Below, piece after piece: positions 39,290 through 52,844 of a DNA stretch of 64,000 nt (its first letter is position 1; each line of letters opens with the position of its first letter). Source of the stretch: Mytilus trossulus (taxonomy: Eukaryota); assembly GCF_036588685.1 (NCBI RefSeq), contig NC_086384.1, forward strand, positions 45,260,001 to 45,324,000, given 5' to 3'. The notes below the pieces were generated by a model. It was given only the letters and a program-made list of their open reading frames with translations. It ran no database searches and was not told the origin of the DNA. The translations under genes and the position numbers were made by a program.

Positions 39290-41074
39290 ATGGGTCAAGA
39301 AAAACTCGAGTGCGACGCCTGCAAGCGAGTGGAAACGTCAGATATCGCTTACTGGTGGTGCGGTGAATGTTCCGAAAATTTATGTCACGATTGTCGAAAA
39401 TGTCACGAAAAAATGAAAACAACCACAAGTCACTCTGTTATTTCTATTGATGAATATCTAAAACTGAAACCGGAAATAGCATTACATCCGATTCATTGTA
39501 ATAAACACGATAGATCGATAGACCTGTATTGTATCAATCATGATATGGCTCTTTGTCGGTTATGCATGACTGAAAATCATCGAGGCTGTTTGAAAATGCT
39601 GCCTATAGAAGATGCCGCACAAAACTTTAAGAAATCTCTACACCTTAAACAAACGCTTGAAAGCCTTGAAAGTATGCGAGAAATGTTACAACGACTTGCT
39701 GAAGATAGACTAGAAAATATATCGGACATTGAACAATCGGAAAAACTCGTAAAGGAGAAGATATCGACAGTTCGAGACAGATTGATTAAACACATAGAGG
39801 CATTACATGAACAAATTCAAGAAGAAGTGTCTAGCGTTGTCTTCCAAAAAACACTCCAACTCAAGCGTCAACACAATGACATTCTAGAGCAACAAGAAAC
39901 AAACAAACTCTGGACCAAAAATATCGAAACGATGATAGCGATGGGTTCCGATATGAACTTGTTTTTGATGTCACAAAAGTATAGAGACGTTCGGAAAGGT
40001 CAGGAAGTTTTCGTGAATGAAAATCAGAGACAATCCCAACGATATCATATATCGTATCACGAAACTGAAAACATGCTCGGCAGTATTAAATCATTTGGAT
40101 ACATCAATGTCACAACCACACAGTCGAAGGTTGCTATGCCGACCGATGAACCGATGCCTCTGAAGTATTTCCCGCTAGATATGAACAGGTTGCGCATGCG
40201 AGACGGTTCAGCTTTACCGCCATTACCGTTGAGTAGATTAACGAATCGAACAAAATTCTCTCGAACTACCATGGGAACAAATAAAACACTAAAGCCTGAA
40301 AACTTCCGCTTGAAAAAGAAAATTGAGGTACCGAAAACGAGAAAAAATCTTGATTATGTATGGATTACAGGCATTCAATACATTCCTACGACGAACAAAA
40401 TTCTCGTCTGCAACAGGAACGATAACCACCTTTACCTGTATGATGATTATGGTAGAAAAATTAAAGAAGTGCCACTTAACACAAGACCATGGGGAATAAC
40501 TTTACTCATGGGAACTCAAAGTGCTGTTGTTACACTACCAGAAATTAAAGCTATACAATTCATCAATATCATGACATTTGCTCCAGCTAAAACGGCTAAT
40601 GTAGGAACATGGTGCGCAGGTATCACCAACGTGAGCAATCAGCTCATCATTGGTTGCGATGGTTGCTTTAAAGTCTTAGATGCTAGTGGTAACCTTAAAC
40701 ATACGGTACCAGTCAATGGCGGAAGAATATGGTATATTCATGCCTGTATTAACGGGACGATTGTTTATAGCGATACGTACAAGGTTTATGGTGTCACCAT
40801 TGATGGAGGAGAGATTTTCAAGTATGAAAGTGAAGATATGGATTGTTCTGAGGGGATTACGACCGATTATAATGATAACATTTATGTAGCTGGAAGGGAT
40901 TCCAATGATATTCACCAACTTTCTCTGAATGGCGAACTCTTACGTATCATACTGAGTAAATCGGATGGACTTGTTAAGCCGTACGCGCTTCATTTTCGAA
41001 AAAAGGCAAGACAACTTTACGTCTCGTTTGACGGGAAGTTTATTGCTGTATATGACGTCAAAAATAGTAGATGA
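39290..41074 (+). CDS. RING-less TRIM-like protein (B-box1, B-box2, coiled coil, NHL-like beta-propeller), 594 aa, single coding exon
   Basis: CDAC..CGEC..LCHDC..H..H and CNKH..C.NH..C..C..H..C B-boxes, heptad region, PWGI / SEGITTD..NIYVAG / PYALHF propeller motifs; splice acceptor ttttcAG 2 nt before the ATG implies a non-coding upstream exon. Confidence 0.93.
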   Translation: MGQEKLECDACKRVETSDIAYWWCGECSENLCHDCRKCHEKMKTTTSHSVISIDEYLKLKPEIALHPIHCNKHDRSIDLYCINHDMALCRLCMTENHRGCLKMLPIEDAAQNFKKSLHLKQTLESLESMREMLQRLAEDRLENISDIEQSEKLVKEKISTVRDRLIKHIEALHEQIQEEVSSVVFQKTLQLKRQHNDILEQQETNKLWTKNIETMIAMGSDMNLFLMSQKYRDVRKGQEVFVNENQRQSQRYHISYHETENMLGSIKSFGYINVTTTQSKVAMPTDEPMPLKYFPLDMNRLRMRDGSALPPLPLSRLTNRTKFSRTTMGTNKTLKPENFRLKKKIEVPKTRKNLDYVWITGIQYIPTTNKILVCNRNDNHLYLYDDYGRKIKEVPLNTRPWGITLLMGTQSAVVTLPEIKAIQFINIMTFAPAKTANVGTWCAGITNVSNQLIIGCDGCFKVLDASGNLKHTVPVNGGRIWYIHACINGTIVYSDTYKVYGVTIDGGEIFKYESEDMDCSEGITTDYNDNIYVAGRDSNDIHQLSLNGELLRIILSKSDGLVKPYALHFRKKARQLYVSFDGKFIAVYDVKNSR

Positions 41075-42078
41075 ATTAAACGTTTTTTATTCCTTTTTGT
41101 TACTGTTGATAATATCGGGTCAATATAGAAATAGTCAATATAATTTGTTTTTCTAAATTGGTTTAAGATTTATATGCTGACTAAATGCTTAACCTGTAAT
41201 GATTTTTGTTGAGCTAATATGGCGCCAATACAGCTTAGACCATCTGCAATCATATGTAGCATTATGGATGACATAACATATCGGTTGATTTTCATTGTCC
41301 GACGCTGGTTTGTGTAGAATCTGAAAAGAAAAAATACGATGTAACGTGTTACAATTGAGAGAGGATGAAAACAATGATGGGTGCTACCATTTGATTTCAA
41401 ATTTCATTATAGCCCCACAATAAAATCAAATGGTAACTCCCTAATAGTTTTCATTTAATTACGAATCCTCATCCTTACTTTAAAAGAAATATATCAATTA
41501 TCAAATCACTAAAATAAATATGACAATTTAAAAAGGCTACTCATGGAAACTATTATGTTTAACAAAAATAAGGCCTATGTGAACATATTTTATTGACATC
41601 CCATTTGTAATGAAAAGTCAACAACAGAGAGAACAAATGGTACACGCATTGATCACAACAGTTTGAAAAGTAAATAAAAGGTTAAACAGTCATCTCCTTT
41701 GTATTGTTATATAAATTTTTAGCTGAGGTTGGTTTATTATTTGAAGAGTAGATCACCCCCAGGTTTTGGTGTGGTTTGTGATCCCGCAGTAAGTCTTTAT
41801 TTTTTTATCTTGTGTTTTGTCACTTTTGTGTACTTTTTGTGTGTCGGTTTGTCTGTTATTTTTTGATTTTTGATTTATGAGCTTGAATGTTCCTCTGGTA
41901 TCTTTCGCCCCTCTTTTATGAGCTCTCAACTTTGTTTTAATGGCCGAAAACTTTCTACCCAAATATCAAAACTCTGAACATCACACAGGAAATTCGAATT
42001 GCCGAGATGCTGGTATCTTGCATCAGAACCGGTATATTTGTTGTTCACATATATCTGAACTCCATTTGTAATTTTTGT

Positions 42079-42497
42079 CAATCTGATGAGTTAAGCCTTT
42101 TTCAACTGACTTTTATAGTTCGTTCTTATGTTGTACTGTTATACCACTGTCCCAGGTTAGGGGAGGGTTGGGATCCCGATAACATGTTTAACCCCGCCAC
42201 ATTATTTATGTATGTGCCTGTCCCAAGTCAGGAGCCTGTAATTCAGTGGTTGTCGTTTGCTTATGTATTACATATTTGTTTTTCATTCATTTATTTTTTA
42301 CATAAATAAGGCCGTTAGTTTTCTCGTTTGAACTGTTTTACATTGTCTTATCGGCCTTCTATGGCTGACTATACGGTATGGGCTTTGCTCATTGTGGAAG
42401 ACCGTATGGTGACATATATTTTTTAATTTCTGTTTTATTTTGGTCTTTTGTGGATAGTTGTCTCATTGGCAACCATACCGCATCTTATTTTTTTTAT
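42079..42497 (+). mobile_element. Family A repeat, long copy
   Basis: Colinear with 392-770 and 62670-63047. Confidence 0.8.
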
Positions 42498-43854
42498 AGA
42501 TATTTAGTCTTTCTTTTTGCTAATTAATTTTAAATAAGTCAATACCGCTGGTTGAAGACTGCTTCCATTCCAGGAACTATATCTGGTATGGAAATATAAA
42601 TTGTATGTATAGAAAAGCAAAAGGTGTTATGAGTTTGCTTAAGAACATGGTCCACAGGATATTATAAATCTATTGGATACTTCACTTTTGATTTTCCCAA
42701 CACAATTCCAACAAAATAAGTATAACGACGAAAACACATAACACTACATAGCATGAAAACTAAATATTGATAACTTGTGTTCTCTTCGAAAATCCTGATA
42801 TTTTGGCGCGAATTTAATTTTATGACGCATTTTCGTCGAAATAGTCACCGGCTTCGATAATATTGGTACCATTTAATGTCCTCAACGACAAAGCGAATCT
42901 ACATAAGTCATTGTATTTGAATATATATAGCTGTTACTTACGATATATGTACAAGTGTCCAGAGGGCAGCACTAAACACCCCAAGCATAACCCCAGCCAG
43001 TTCCTGGTCATCGATACATCCATCTATATAGAATAGTATACGATGCACAGTACAGTTTTCCTCCATTTTGTTCCTTTACTGAATTTCTAACAAATATGAT
43101 TCACTTAAAGTACAAAAGACACTTCCATTTTCTTACTCATTTTTAAGTATGATTTATGATTTTTATCGTTGCAAATTCCATTGCAGATTTAAAAACAAAG
43201 TAAAATTAATCCGCAATTTGTTGCACATATAAAAGTAAATGTCAGTTTTCTTTTTCCAATACGTACATATGCTCACACATAAAAAGATGAAAACATAAGA
43301 GTAATAACCTTCCAACGTTCTAACTATTTTTAATATGAGTTTATTGTAAAATAACAACAAACTTCAAATACACATTGATCAATAATAATTTTCAGTTAAT
43401 TTAACATACGAACAAATATAATTTGACCAGTTTCTGTAAAGTACCATATGGTACATAATGTAAATATATATAAAAACCACATTTCCTCTTCAGAGATTTC
43501 AGTTATTATATCCGATTTGACACCTTTATGACAAAACTAGGATGCCAACATTATGTTGACAAAATTCTTATATATATATTTGTATGAGCTTTGGGACCGG
43601 CTGTTGCAATACTTAATCCCTATTCAATACATAAGTCGAAGGGCAAATAACACACAATCGCATACAGTCTTAAACGATACGAAAACGGAAAAAATCTTTA
43701 ATGATATGAAAAGCAACAGATTGGGACTTTTTCATCGATTCTAATCGATCTTAAACGTATGACGTCAAGACCTTATTATAATAATAGCTTGTACTCAGCT
43801 TGAGGAAGTAGATGAAGTAATGATCGATAATTGAAAAGAGCGAAAAAATAAATA

Positions 43855-46800
43855 GTTGACACAACCAAGGATGTATAGTGTAATGTTGAAGCATCCAAGA
43901 TCGTAGAGTGAAATGTTGACACAACCAAGGGAGTAGAGTGGAATGTTAACACATCCAAGGGTGAATATAGAGTGGAATGTTGACACAACCAAGGGGGAAA
44001 ACTAATTTGTTGACACATCCAAGGGAGAATAGTAGAATGTTGAAGCATCCAAGCGTGTAGAATGCATCCAATCGTGTAGAGTGAATTGTTAACACAACCA
44101 CTGACGAAAAAAGAATATGTTGACACATCCAAAGAAAAAGAGTAGAATGTTGAAACACCTAAGGGTGTATAGTAAATTATTTTTAAATCAATTAAGGGTG
44201 AAGAGAGGAAGGTTGAAGCATTAAAGAGCGTAGAAATGAATGTTTAAACACACAAGGGTGTAGAGTTGAAGGTTTAAACACATAAAGATGAAGAGTGGAA
44301 TGTGAATGTTTAAACACAAAAGGGTGTAGAGGGGAATGTTAGAAAACACTAGGGTGTAGAGTGGAATCATAAAACACACAACGGAGTAGAGTGGAATGTT
44401 AAAACACACAAGGGTGTAGAGTGGAATGTCAAAACACACAAGGGGATAGAGTGGAATGTTGAAACACACAAGGGTGTAGTGTGGAATGTCTAAACACATA
44501 AGAGTGTAGAGTGAAATGTTAAAACACACAGGGGTGTAGAGTGAATTGTTTAAACACACAAGGATGTAGAGTGGAATATTTAAACACACAAGGGTGTAGA
44601 GTGGAATGTTTAAACACACAAGGATGTAGAGTGGAATGTTAAATCACACAAGGATGTAGAGTGGAATGTTTAACCACACAAGGATGTAGAGTGAAATGTT
44701 TAAACACACAAGGATGTAGAGTGAAAGGTTTAAACACACAGGGTGTAGATTGGAATGTTCATACACACACGGGTGTAGAGTGGAAGGTTTAAATACACAA
44801 GGATGTAGAGTGAAAGGTTAAAACATCCAATAGATAAGAGTGGAATGTTTAAACCCACAAGGGAATAGAGTGGAATGTCAAAATACATAAAGGTGTAGAG
44901 TGGAATGTTGAAACACACAATGATGTAGAGTGGAATATCAAAACACACAAGGGTGTAGAGTGGAATGTTGAAACACACAAGGGTGTAGAGTGGTATGTTA
45001 AAACACACAAGGGTGTAGAGTGGAATGTTTAAACACACAAGGATTTAGAGTGGTATGTTAAAACACACAAGGGTGTAGAGTGGAATGTTTAAACACATAA
45101 GGATGTATAGTGGTATGTTAAATCACACAAGGGTGTAGAGTGGAATGTTTAAACACATAAGGATGTATAGTGGAATGTTAAAACACACAAGGATGTAGAG
45201 TGCGGAAATGTTGAAACACACAAGGGTGTAGACAGGAATGTTGAAACACACAAGGGTGAAGAGTGGAATCATAAAACATTCAAGGGTGTAGAGTGTAATG
45301 TTATAACACAAAAGGGCGTAGAGTGGAATGTCAAAACACACAAGGGTGTAGAGGGGAATGTCAAAACACATAATGGTATAGAGTGGAATGTCAAAACACA
45401 CAAGGATGCAGAGTGGAATGTTGAAACACACAAGGGTGAAGAGCGAAATGTGTAAACACACAAGGATGTAGAGTGGTAGGTTTAAACACACAAAGGTGCA
45501 GAGTGGATTTTTTTTAACACAGAAGGGTGTAGAGTGGAAGGTTTAAATACACAAGGATGTAGAGTGGAAATTTTAAACACACAATGATGTAGAATGGAAG
45601 GTTTAAACACACAGGGGTTAAGAGTGGAATGTTTAAACACACAAGGATGTAAAGTGGAATGTTTAAACACACAAGGATGTAGAGTGAAATGTTTAAATAC
45701 ACAAGGATGTAGAGTGGAAGGTTTAAACACACAAGGGTGAAGATTTGAATGTTTAAACAAACAAGGGTGTAGAGAGGAATGTTTAAACACCCAAGGGGGA
45801 AGAGTGGATTGCCTTAACACACAAGGGTATAGAGTGGAATGTTGAAACACACAAGGATGTAGATTGAAATGTTTAAACACACAATGATGTAGAATGGAAG
45901 GTTTAAACACACAGGGGTGTAGATTGGAATGTTTATACACACAAGGGTGTAGAGTGTACGGTTTAAACACACAAGGATGTAGAGTGAAATGTTAAAACAT
46001 CCAATAGATAAGAGTGGAATGTTAAACACACAAGGATGTAGAGTGGTATGTTAAAACACATAAGGGTGTGGAGAAAGGTTGAAACACACAAGGGTGTAGA
46101 GTGGAAGGTTTAAACACACAAGGGAATAGAGTGAAATGTTGAATAATCCAAGAGATAAGAGTGGAATGTTTTAACACACAAGGATGTAGAGTGAAAGGTT
46201 GAAACACACAAGGATGTAGAGTGGGAGGTTTAAACACACAAGGTGTAGAGTGGAAGGTTTAAACACATAAGGATGAAGAGTGGATTGTTTTAACACACAA
46301 GGATGTAGAGTGGTATGTTAAAACACATAAGGGTGTGGAGAAAGGTTGAAACACACAAGGGTGTAGAGTGAAATGTTGAATAATCCAAGAGATAAGAGTG
46401 GAATGTTTTAACACACAAGGATGTAGAGTGAAAGGTTGAAACACACAAGGATGTAGAGTGGGAGGTTTAAACACACAAGGATGTAGAGTGGGAGGTTTAA
46501 ACACACAAGGGTGAAGAGTGGAAGGTTTAAACACATAAGGATGAAGAGTGGATTGTTTTAACACACAAGGGTTTAGAGTGGAATGTTGAAACACAAAGGG
46601 TGTAGAGTGGAATGTTTAAACACACAAGGACGTAGAGTGAAATTTTTAAACACACAAGGATGAAGAGTGGAAGGTTTAAACACACAAGGGTGTAGAGTGG
46701 AATGTTTAAACATACAAGTATGTAGAGTGGAATGTTTAAACACCAAGGATGTAGAGTGAAATGTTTAAACACACAAGGATGTAGAGTGGAATGTTTAAAC

Positions 46801-49322
46801 ACACAAGGATGTAGAGTGAAATGTTTAAACACACAAGGATGTAGAGTAGAATGTTTAAACCCACAAGGATGTAGAGTGGAATGTTTAAACACACAAGGAT
46901 GTAGAGTGAAATGTTTAAACACACAAGGATGTAGAGTGGAAGGTTTAAACACACAAGGATGTAGAGTAGAATGTTTAAACCCACAAGGATGTAGAGTGGA
47001 ATGTTTAAACACACAAGGATGTAGAGTGGAAGGTTTAAACACACAAGGGTGTAGATTGGAATGTTTATACACACAAGAATGTAGAGTGGAAGGTTTAAAC
47101 ACACAAGGATGTAGAGTAAAATGTTTAAACACACAAGGGTGTAGAGTGGAATGTCAAAACACACAAGGATGCAGAGTGGAATGTTGAAACACACAAGGGT
47201 AAAAAGCGAAATGTGTAAACACACAAGGATGTAGAGTGGTAGGTTTAAACACACAAAGGTGCAGAGTGGATTTTTTTTAACACAGAAGGGTGTAGAGTGG
47301 AAGGTTTAAATACACAAGGATGTAGAGTGGAAAGTTTAAACACACAATGATGTAGAATGGAAGGTTTAAACACACAGGGGTTAAGAGTGGAATGTTTAAA
47401 CACACAAGGATGTAAAGTGGAATGTTTAAACACACAAGGATGTAGAGTGAAATGTTTAAATACACAAGGATGTAGAGTGGAAGGTTTAAACACACAAGGG
47501 TGAAGATTTGAATGTTTAAACAAACAAGGGTGTAGAGTGGAATGTTTAAACACCCAAGGGGGAAGAGTGGATTGCCTTAACACACAAGGGTATAGAGTGG
47601 AATGTTGAAACACACAAGGATGTAGATTGAAATGTTTAAACACACAATGATGTAGAATGGAAGGTTTAAACACACAGGGGTGTAGATTGGAATGTTTATA
47701 CACACAAGGGTGTAGAGTGTACGGTTTAAACACACAAGGATGTAGAGTGAAATGTTAAAACATCCAATAGATAAGAGTGGAATGTTAAACACACAAGGAT
47801 GTAGAGTGGTATGTTAAAACACATAAGGGTGTGGAGAAAGGTTGAAACACACAAGGGTGTAGAGTGGAAGGTTTAAACACACAAGGGAATAGAGTGAAAT
47901 GTTGAATAATCCAAGAGATAAGAGTGGAATGTTTTAACACACAAGGATGTAGAGTGTAAGGTTGAAACACACAAGGATGTAGAGTGGGAGGTTTAAACAC
48001 ACAAGGGTGTAGAGTGGAAGGTTTAAACACATAAGGATGAAGAGTGGATTGTTTTAACACACAAGGATGTAGAGTGGTATGTTAAAACACATAAGGGTGT
48101 GGAGAAAGGTTGAAACACACAAGGGTGTAGAGTGAAATGTTGAATAATCCAAGAGATAAGAGTGGAATGTTTTAACACACAAGGATGTAGAGTGAAAGGT
48201 TGAAACACACAAGGATGTAGAGTGGGAGGTTTAAACACACAAGGATGTAGAGTCGGAGGTTTAAACACACAAGGGTGAAGAGTGGAAGGTTTAAACACAT
48301 AAGGATGAAGAGTGGATTGTTTTAACACACAAGGGTTTAGAGTGGAATGTTGAAACACAAAGGGTGTAGAGTGGAATGTTTAAACACACAAGGACGTAGA
48401 GTGAAATTTTTAAACACACAAGGATGAAGAGTGGAAGGTTTAAACACACAAGGGTGTAGAGTGGAATGTTTAAACATACAAGTATGTAGAGTGGAATGTT
48501 TAAACACCAAGGATGTAGAGTGAAATGTTTAAACACACAAGGATGTAGAGTGGAATGTTTAAACACACAAGGATGTAGAGTGAAATGTTTAAACACACAA
48601 GGATGTAGAGTAGAATGTTTAAACCCACAAGGATGTAGAGTGGAATGTTTAAACACACAAGGATGTAGAGTGAAATGTTTAAACACACAAGGATGTAGAG
48701 TGGAAGGTTTAAACACACAAGGATGTAGAGTAGAATGTTTAAACCCACAAGGATGTAGAGTGGAATGTTTAAACACACAAGGATGTAGAGTGAAATGTTT
48801 AAACACACAAGGATGTAGAGTGGAAGGTTTAAACACACAAGGGTGTAGATTGGAATGTTTATACACACAAGAATGTAGAGTGGAAGGTTTAAACACACAA
48901 GGATGTAGAGTAAAATGTTTAAACACACAAGGGTGTAGAGTGGAATGTTTAAACACACAAGGATGCAGAGTGTAATGTTTAAACACACAAGGATGTAGAG
49001 TGGAATGTTTAAACACACAAGGATGTAGAGTGAAATATTTCAACACACAAGGATGTAGAGTGGAAGGTTTAAACACACAAGAGTGTAGATTCGAATGTTT
49101 ATACACACAAGGGTGCAATATGGAAGGTTTAAACATACAAGGATGTAGAGTGGAATGTTAAAACACATAAGGGTGTAGAGTGAAAGGTTGAAACACACGA
49201 GGGTTTACAGTGGAAGGTTGAAACACACAAGGGTGTAGAATGTAATGTTCAAACACACGAGGGTTTACAGTGGAAGGTTTAAACATACAAGAGATAAAAG
49301 TGGAATGTTGAAACACACAAGG
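43855..49322. repeat. 30-bp satellite array (~5.5 kb; AAACACACAAGGATGTAGAGTGGAATGTTT) with higher-order duplication
   Basis: Period 30; degenerate left edge; blocks repeated at a 1763-1764 bp offset. Confidence 0.97.
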
Positions 49323-50294
49323 GTAAATACTTGAATAGTGATCTGTTGAAACTCCTTAGAGTGAAGAGTTGAATGTTATCCATGTTGAAGGCCATGCAAG
49401 TACAGTTGTTTACATCCTCAGCATATGGTCTCTGTAAGATATTAGTCTCATCGGCAAACAGCTAATATTTTGTTACTTTACTCGTATGATAAAAATTGTT
49501 CGTGTGTTCGTATATTCATACGATCTTACAAAACTTATAAATGGATATTTGCTTGAAATAACCAACACGACGGGTTCCACAAGAGTGATAATACTTTTAA
49601 CACTTCGGAGTTTATTTCCTGTTCCTGAATGCAAAGTGAGGGATGGTGGTGTATGTCATTCCTCTGCTCTTATCAAGGGGGACATAACACATAAACAGTT
49701 TGGGTTTGTTACAAACATCTTTAATTTATTTACCACAAAATCCCCTTTTTCTATTAAATGCAACGACACAGTAAATAATAATGCTTTGCACGAAGTTTCC
49801 CTTGGTATATGTACAACAAGGCCAATCTCTGGTATTCGTTATGTTTGCTGTTTTGGTACTGTTGCAGTGTGAAAATTTCGTAATTCACATGGCTACAGGT
49901 TCAATTAAAAATTAAAATACACATTTTTGAGAAAGAAAACACACTCGTAATGTCGTCTTTTAGAGAATTTTAGAGCTGTAGTACAAAAGCTCGTTTACAA
50001 AGAATTTCATTATTATATTGTTTTGCCATTTTTTTGGAGGAAAGTTTGCTCAGCCTTTACAGTTGAAGGGCGTAACGTGTCTAATTCATGTTCACCGATT
50101 TGACTCAAATTCTTATATTTCATTTATAACATACTAAATTGGATATCCAAATAAAAAAAAACCAATAATTTTTTTATTTGATTTATAACATACTAAAATG
50201 TATATATCCAAGTTCTAAAAAGTCTAAGTTAAACAATTTACGATGCATGGGTCGATAATGTGTATCAGCATTTTGTGTGTATTTTGATTCACTT

Positions 50295-51915
50295 GTTGTC
50301 GAGTATCGAGTTGCAAGTTACAAAAGTCGAGTTTCGAGTTACGATAGTCGAGTTGCGAGTTACAATTGTCGAGTTGCGAGTTATGAAAGTCGAGTTACAA
50401 GTTACGAAAGTCGATTTGCGAGTTACGAAAGTCGAGTTGCGAGTAACGAAAGTAGAGTTGCGAGTTACGAAAGTCGAGTTGCGAGTTACGGAAGTCGAGT
50501 TGCGAGTTAAGAAAGTCGAGTTGCGAGTTACGAAATTCGAATTGCGGTTTACAAAAGTCGAGTTGCGAGTTACAAAAGTCGAGTTGCAAGTTACAAAATT
50601 CAAATTGCGTAAAAATTGGCAAACGAAACTATTTAAATTTTTGGTGTAACTGTTTAACATTTTGGAATGATAATTGCTTATAGAATTGTATACAGTATTG
50701 TTGAATTATTTTTTGTTTGTTTGGACTTCATCTGCGTCTCTTGTAAAAACAAAATGAATTTCTTACATAATCACTACGTATAATAGTATTTTCTGAAGAA
50801 GCAGATAGCCTTTTAAAACACAGCGGTAAACCGCTTTTTAATTTCGAGAAGAAACTGATCTTCTGATTGAAGATCGGACTCGTAGGTGCAAAATATGCGA
50901 ATTTGATAGCCCCATTTCAAACCTTTCAGATTGTTTGGAAGAAGCATCTGGACAAAAAAGTGTTCGACCGAATTGACAAGACAATGTCGTAGTTGGTTTA
51001 GTAGATGGTCTAACAATTGTATAGACCGATTTACGCACAACAAAACTGAACTTATATAAAACACGGAGACCTTTCTGACAAATCTTTCTTTCTTTAACTG
51101 TTAAATTATGGTTTTTATTTTTATTGGGCCATTTTCGTTTGTGCACGCAAGTGCGTTGTTGTGTCAATAGTAGCTACGCAATGAAATCCTCATTTTCAAA
51201 CGCATTGACTGTTGTTATTTAGCGATAGTCTATACACTTGTCTTCGTTTAAATGACTTATGGTGTATAAACCCCAAAAATGATTCATAAATCCAAACGAT
51301 TTTCCAATGAGCAACTCTTTTCTCCATGATTTTGTAATGTGTTATAATCCGTTAAGGGTACATTAAATAAGATCGATCTCGTCCTTTAAGGATATATTTT
51401 TTTTTCTTCAAATACTTCCAGAACCTAACTTATATTAGACTCTTATAAATAAGTTTAACATACAATGTATAACTCTTTCAAATCCCGCAAACAGGGGAAT
51501 AACTATATATATTCGGGTACATGCATGCTTTGTTTATCAAATGTCAATCAAACCTGAAATTCGAAGTCAAAAATATTTTTGTAACTCGCAACTTGACTTT
51601 CTTAATTAGCAACTCCACTTTTGTAACTCGCAACTCGACTTTCTTAACTCGAAACTCGACATTCTTAACTGGCAACTCGACTTTCTTAACTCGAAACTCG
51701 ACATTCTTAACTGGCAACTCGACTTTTGTAACTCGCAACTCGACTTTCTTAACTCGAAACTCGACATTTTTAACTCGCAACTCGACTTTTGTAACTCGCA
51801 ACTCAACATTCTTAACTCGCAACTCGACTTTCGTTACTGGCAATTCGACTTTCTTAACTCGCAACTCGACTTTCCAACTCGCAACTTGCAACTCGACGAT
51901 AAGAACCCTCCTAAA
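50295..51915. mobile_element. Foldback-like element: two inverted arrays of a 21-bp unit around a ~950-bp unique core
   Basis: (GTCGAGTTGCGAGTTACGAAA)n at 50298-50610 and its reverse complement at 51560-51897. Confidence 0.7.
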
Positions 51916-52844
51916 GAGACGTATTTTAGTCTATATGCAATCTAATTAACCATTGAGGTGACTTCCACTGACTTCCCACAGTCATGTAACCAGATATAAA
52001 TATAAATAAAGATAGGTAAAACGTGCAATTGGAATTTTCTAGATCTTAGTTTGATAAAACCATGGAAGTATTATATTGACACTTCCATGAAAAAACTGAA
52101 CCAAAATGACTGCAAAGAATGAATTATTATTTTATTATTTGACTTTCATTAATGATGGAACAAAGAAAAACATTATTTTTCGTTTTATATCGTAGCTAAT
52201 TTCCCTTTAAAATGACATTCTCAATAAAATTGAGAATGGGAATGGGGAATGTGTCAAAGAGACAACAACCCGACCATAGAAAAGACAACAGCAGACATTT
52301 TACGTTCGCGGAGTTTCTGTCTGGTTGTGATAAAAAGGGAAAACTTTAAATCTTAGTAGTGTTAGAACCAATAATTTCAATTATTGATAGAAATCATAAT
52401 ACAGTTATCATTATGATTTTCATTAATGATTGAAATATTTTGTTGAAAATAACCAATGTGCAAAATACATTAAGCAGAAATCAACGACCTACCAGATAAA
52501 ATCACAAACCTGACAACTGCTATTCATTTAATTTTCGTGGATAATTATAGTTGTGTTAAACATCAAATGTGTGGTTCATATATACTAGTCAACATTTTAA
52601 AACTTTAAAAATCAGCCTCTTATTTTGAATGGAATATGATAAAATATTTGTAAAATAATATTGAAACGTAGTTAGTGATAGCATTGGCATTAAAACGAAC
52701 AAAAATGTATGTCTTACCAAAATGCATTTTACAATTTTTACTGTAGTTGTAGTCGAACTTTACAATGTCAGAGATTCAAAAATAATCTTTAGATGATTGT
52801 TCACATCATGATTGATCGTTACACGCCAAAGAATAAGTAGACTT

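Noticed and set aside
43776-49136. Many 60-280 aa ORFs (CLNIPLYTLV / HPCVFKHSTL / NTQGCRVECL repeats)
   Set aside because: Translations of a 30-bp satellite, open only because the unit length is a multiple of 3
50260-51949. VELRVTK / TRNSTF repeat ORFs
   Set aside because: Translations of the 21-bp arrays
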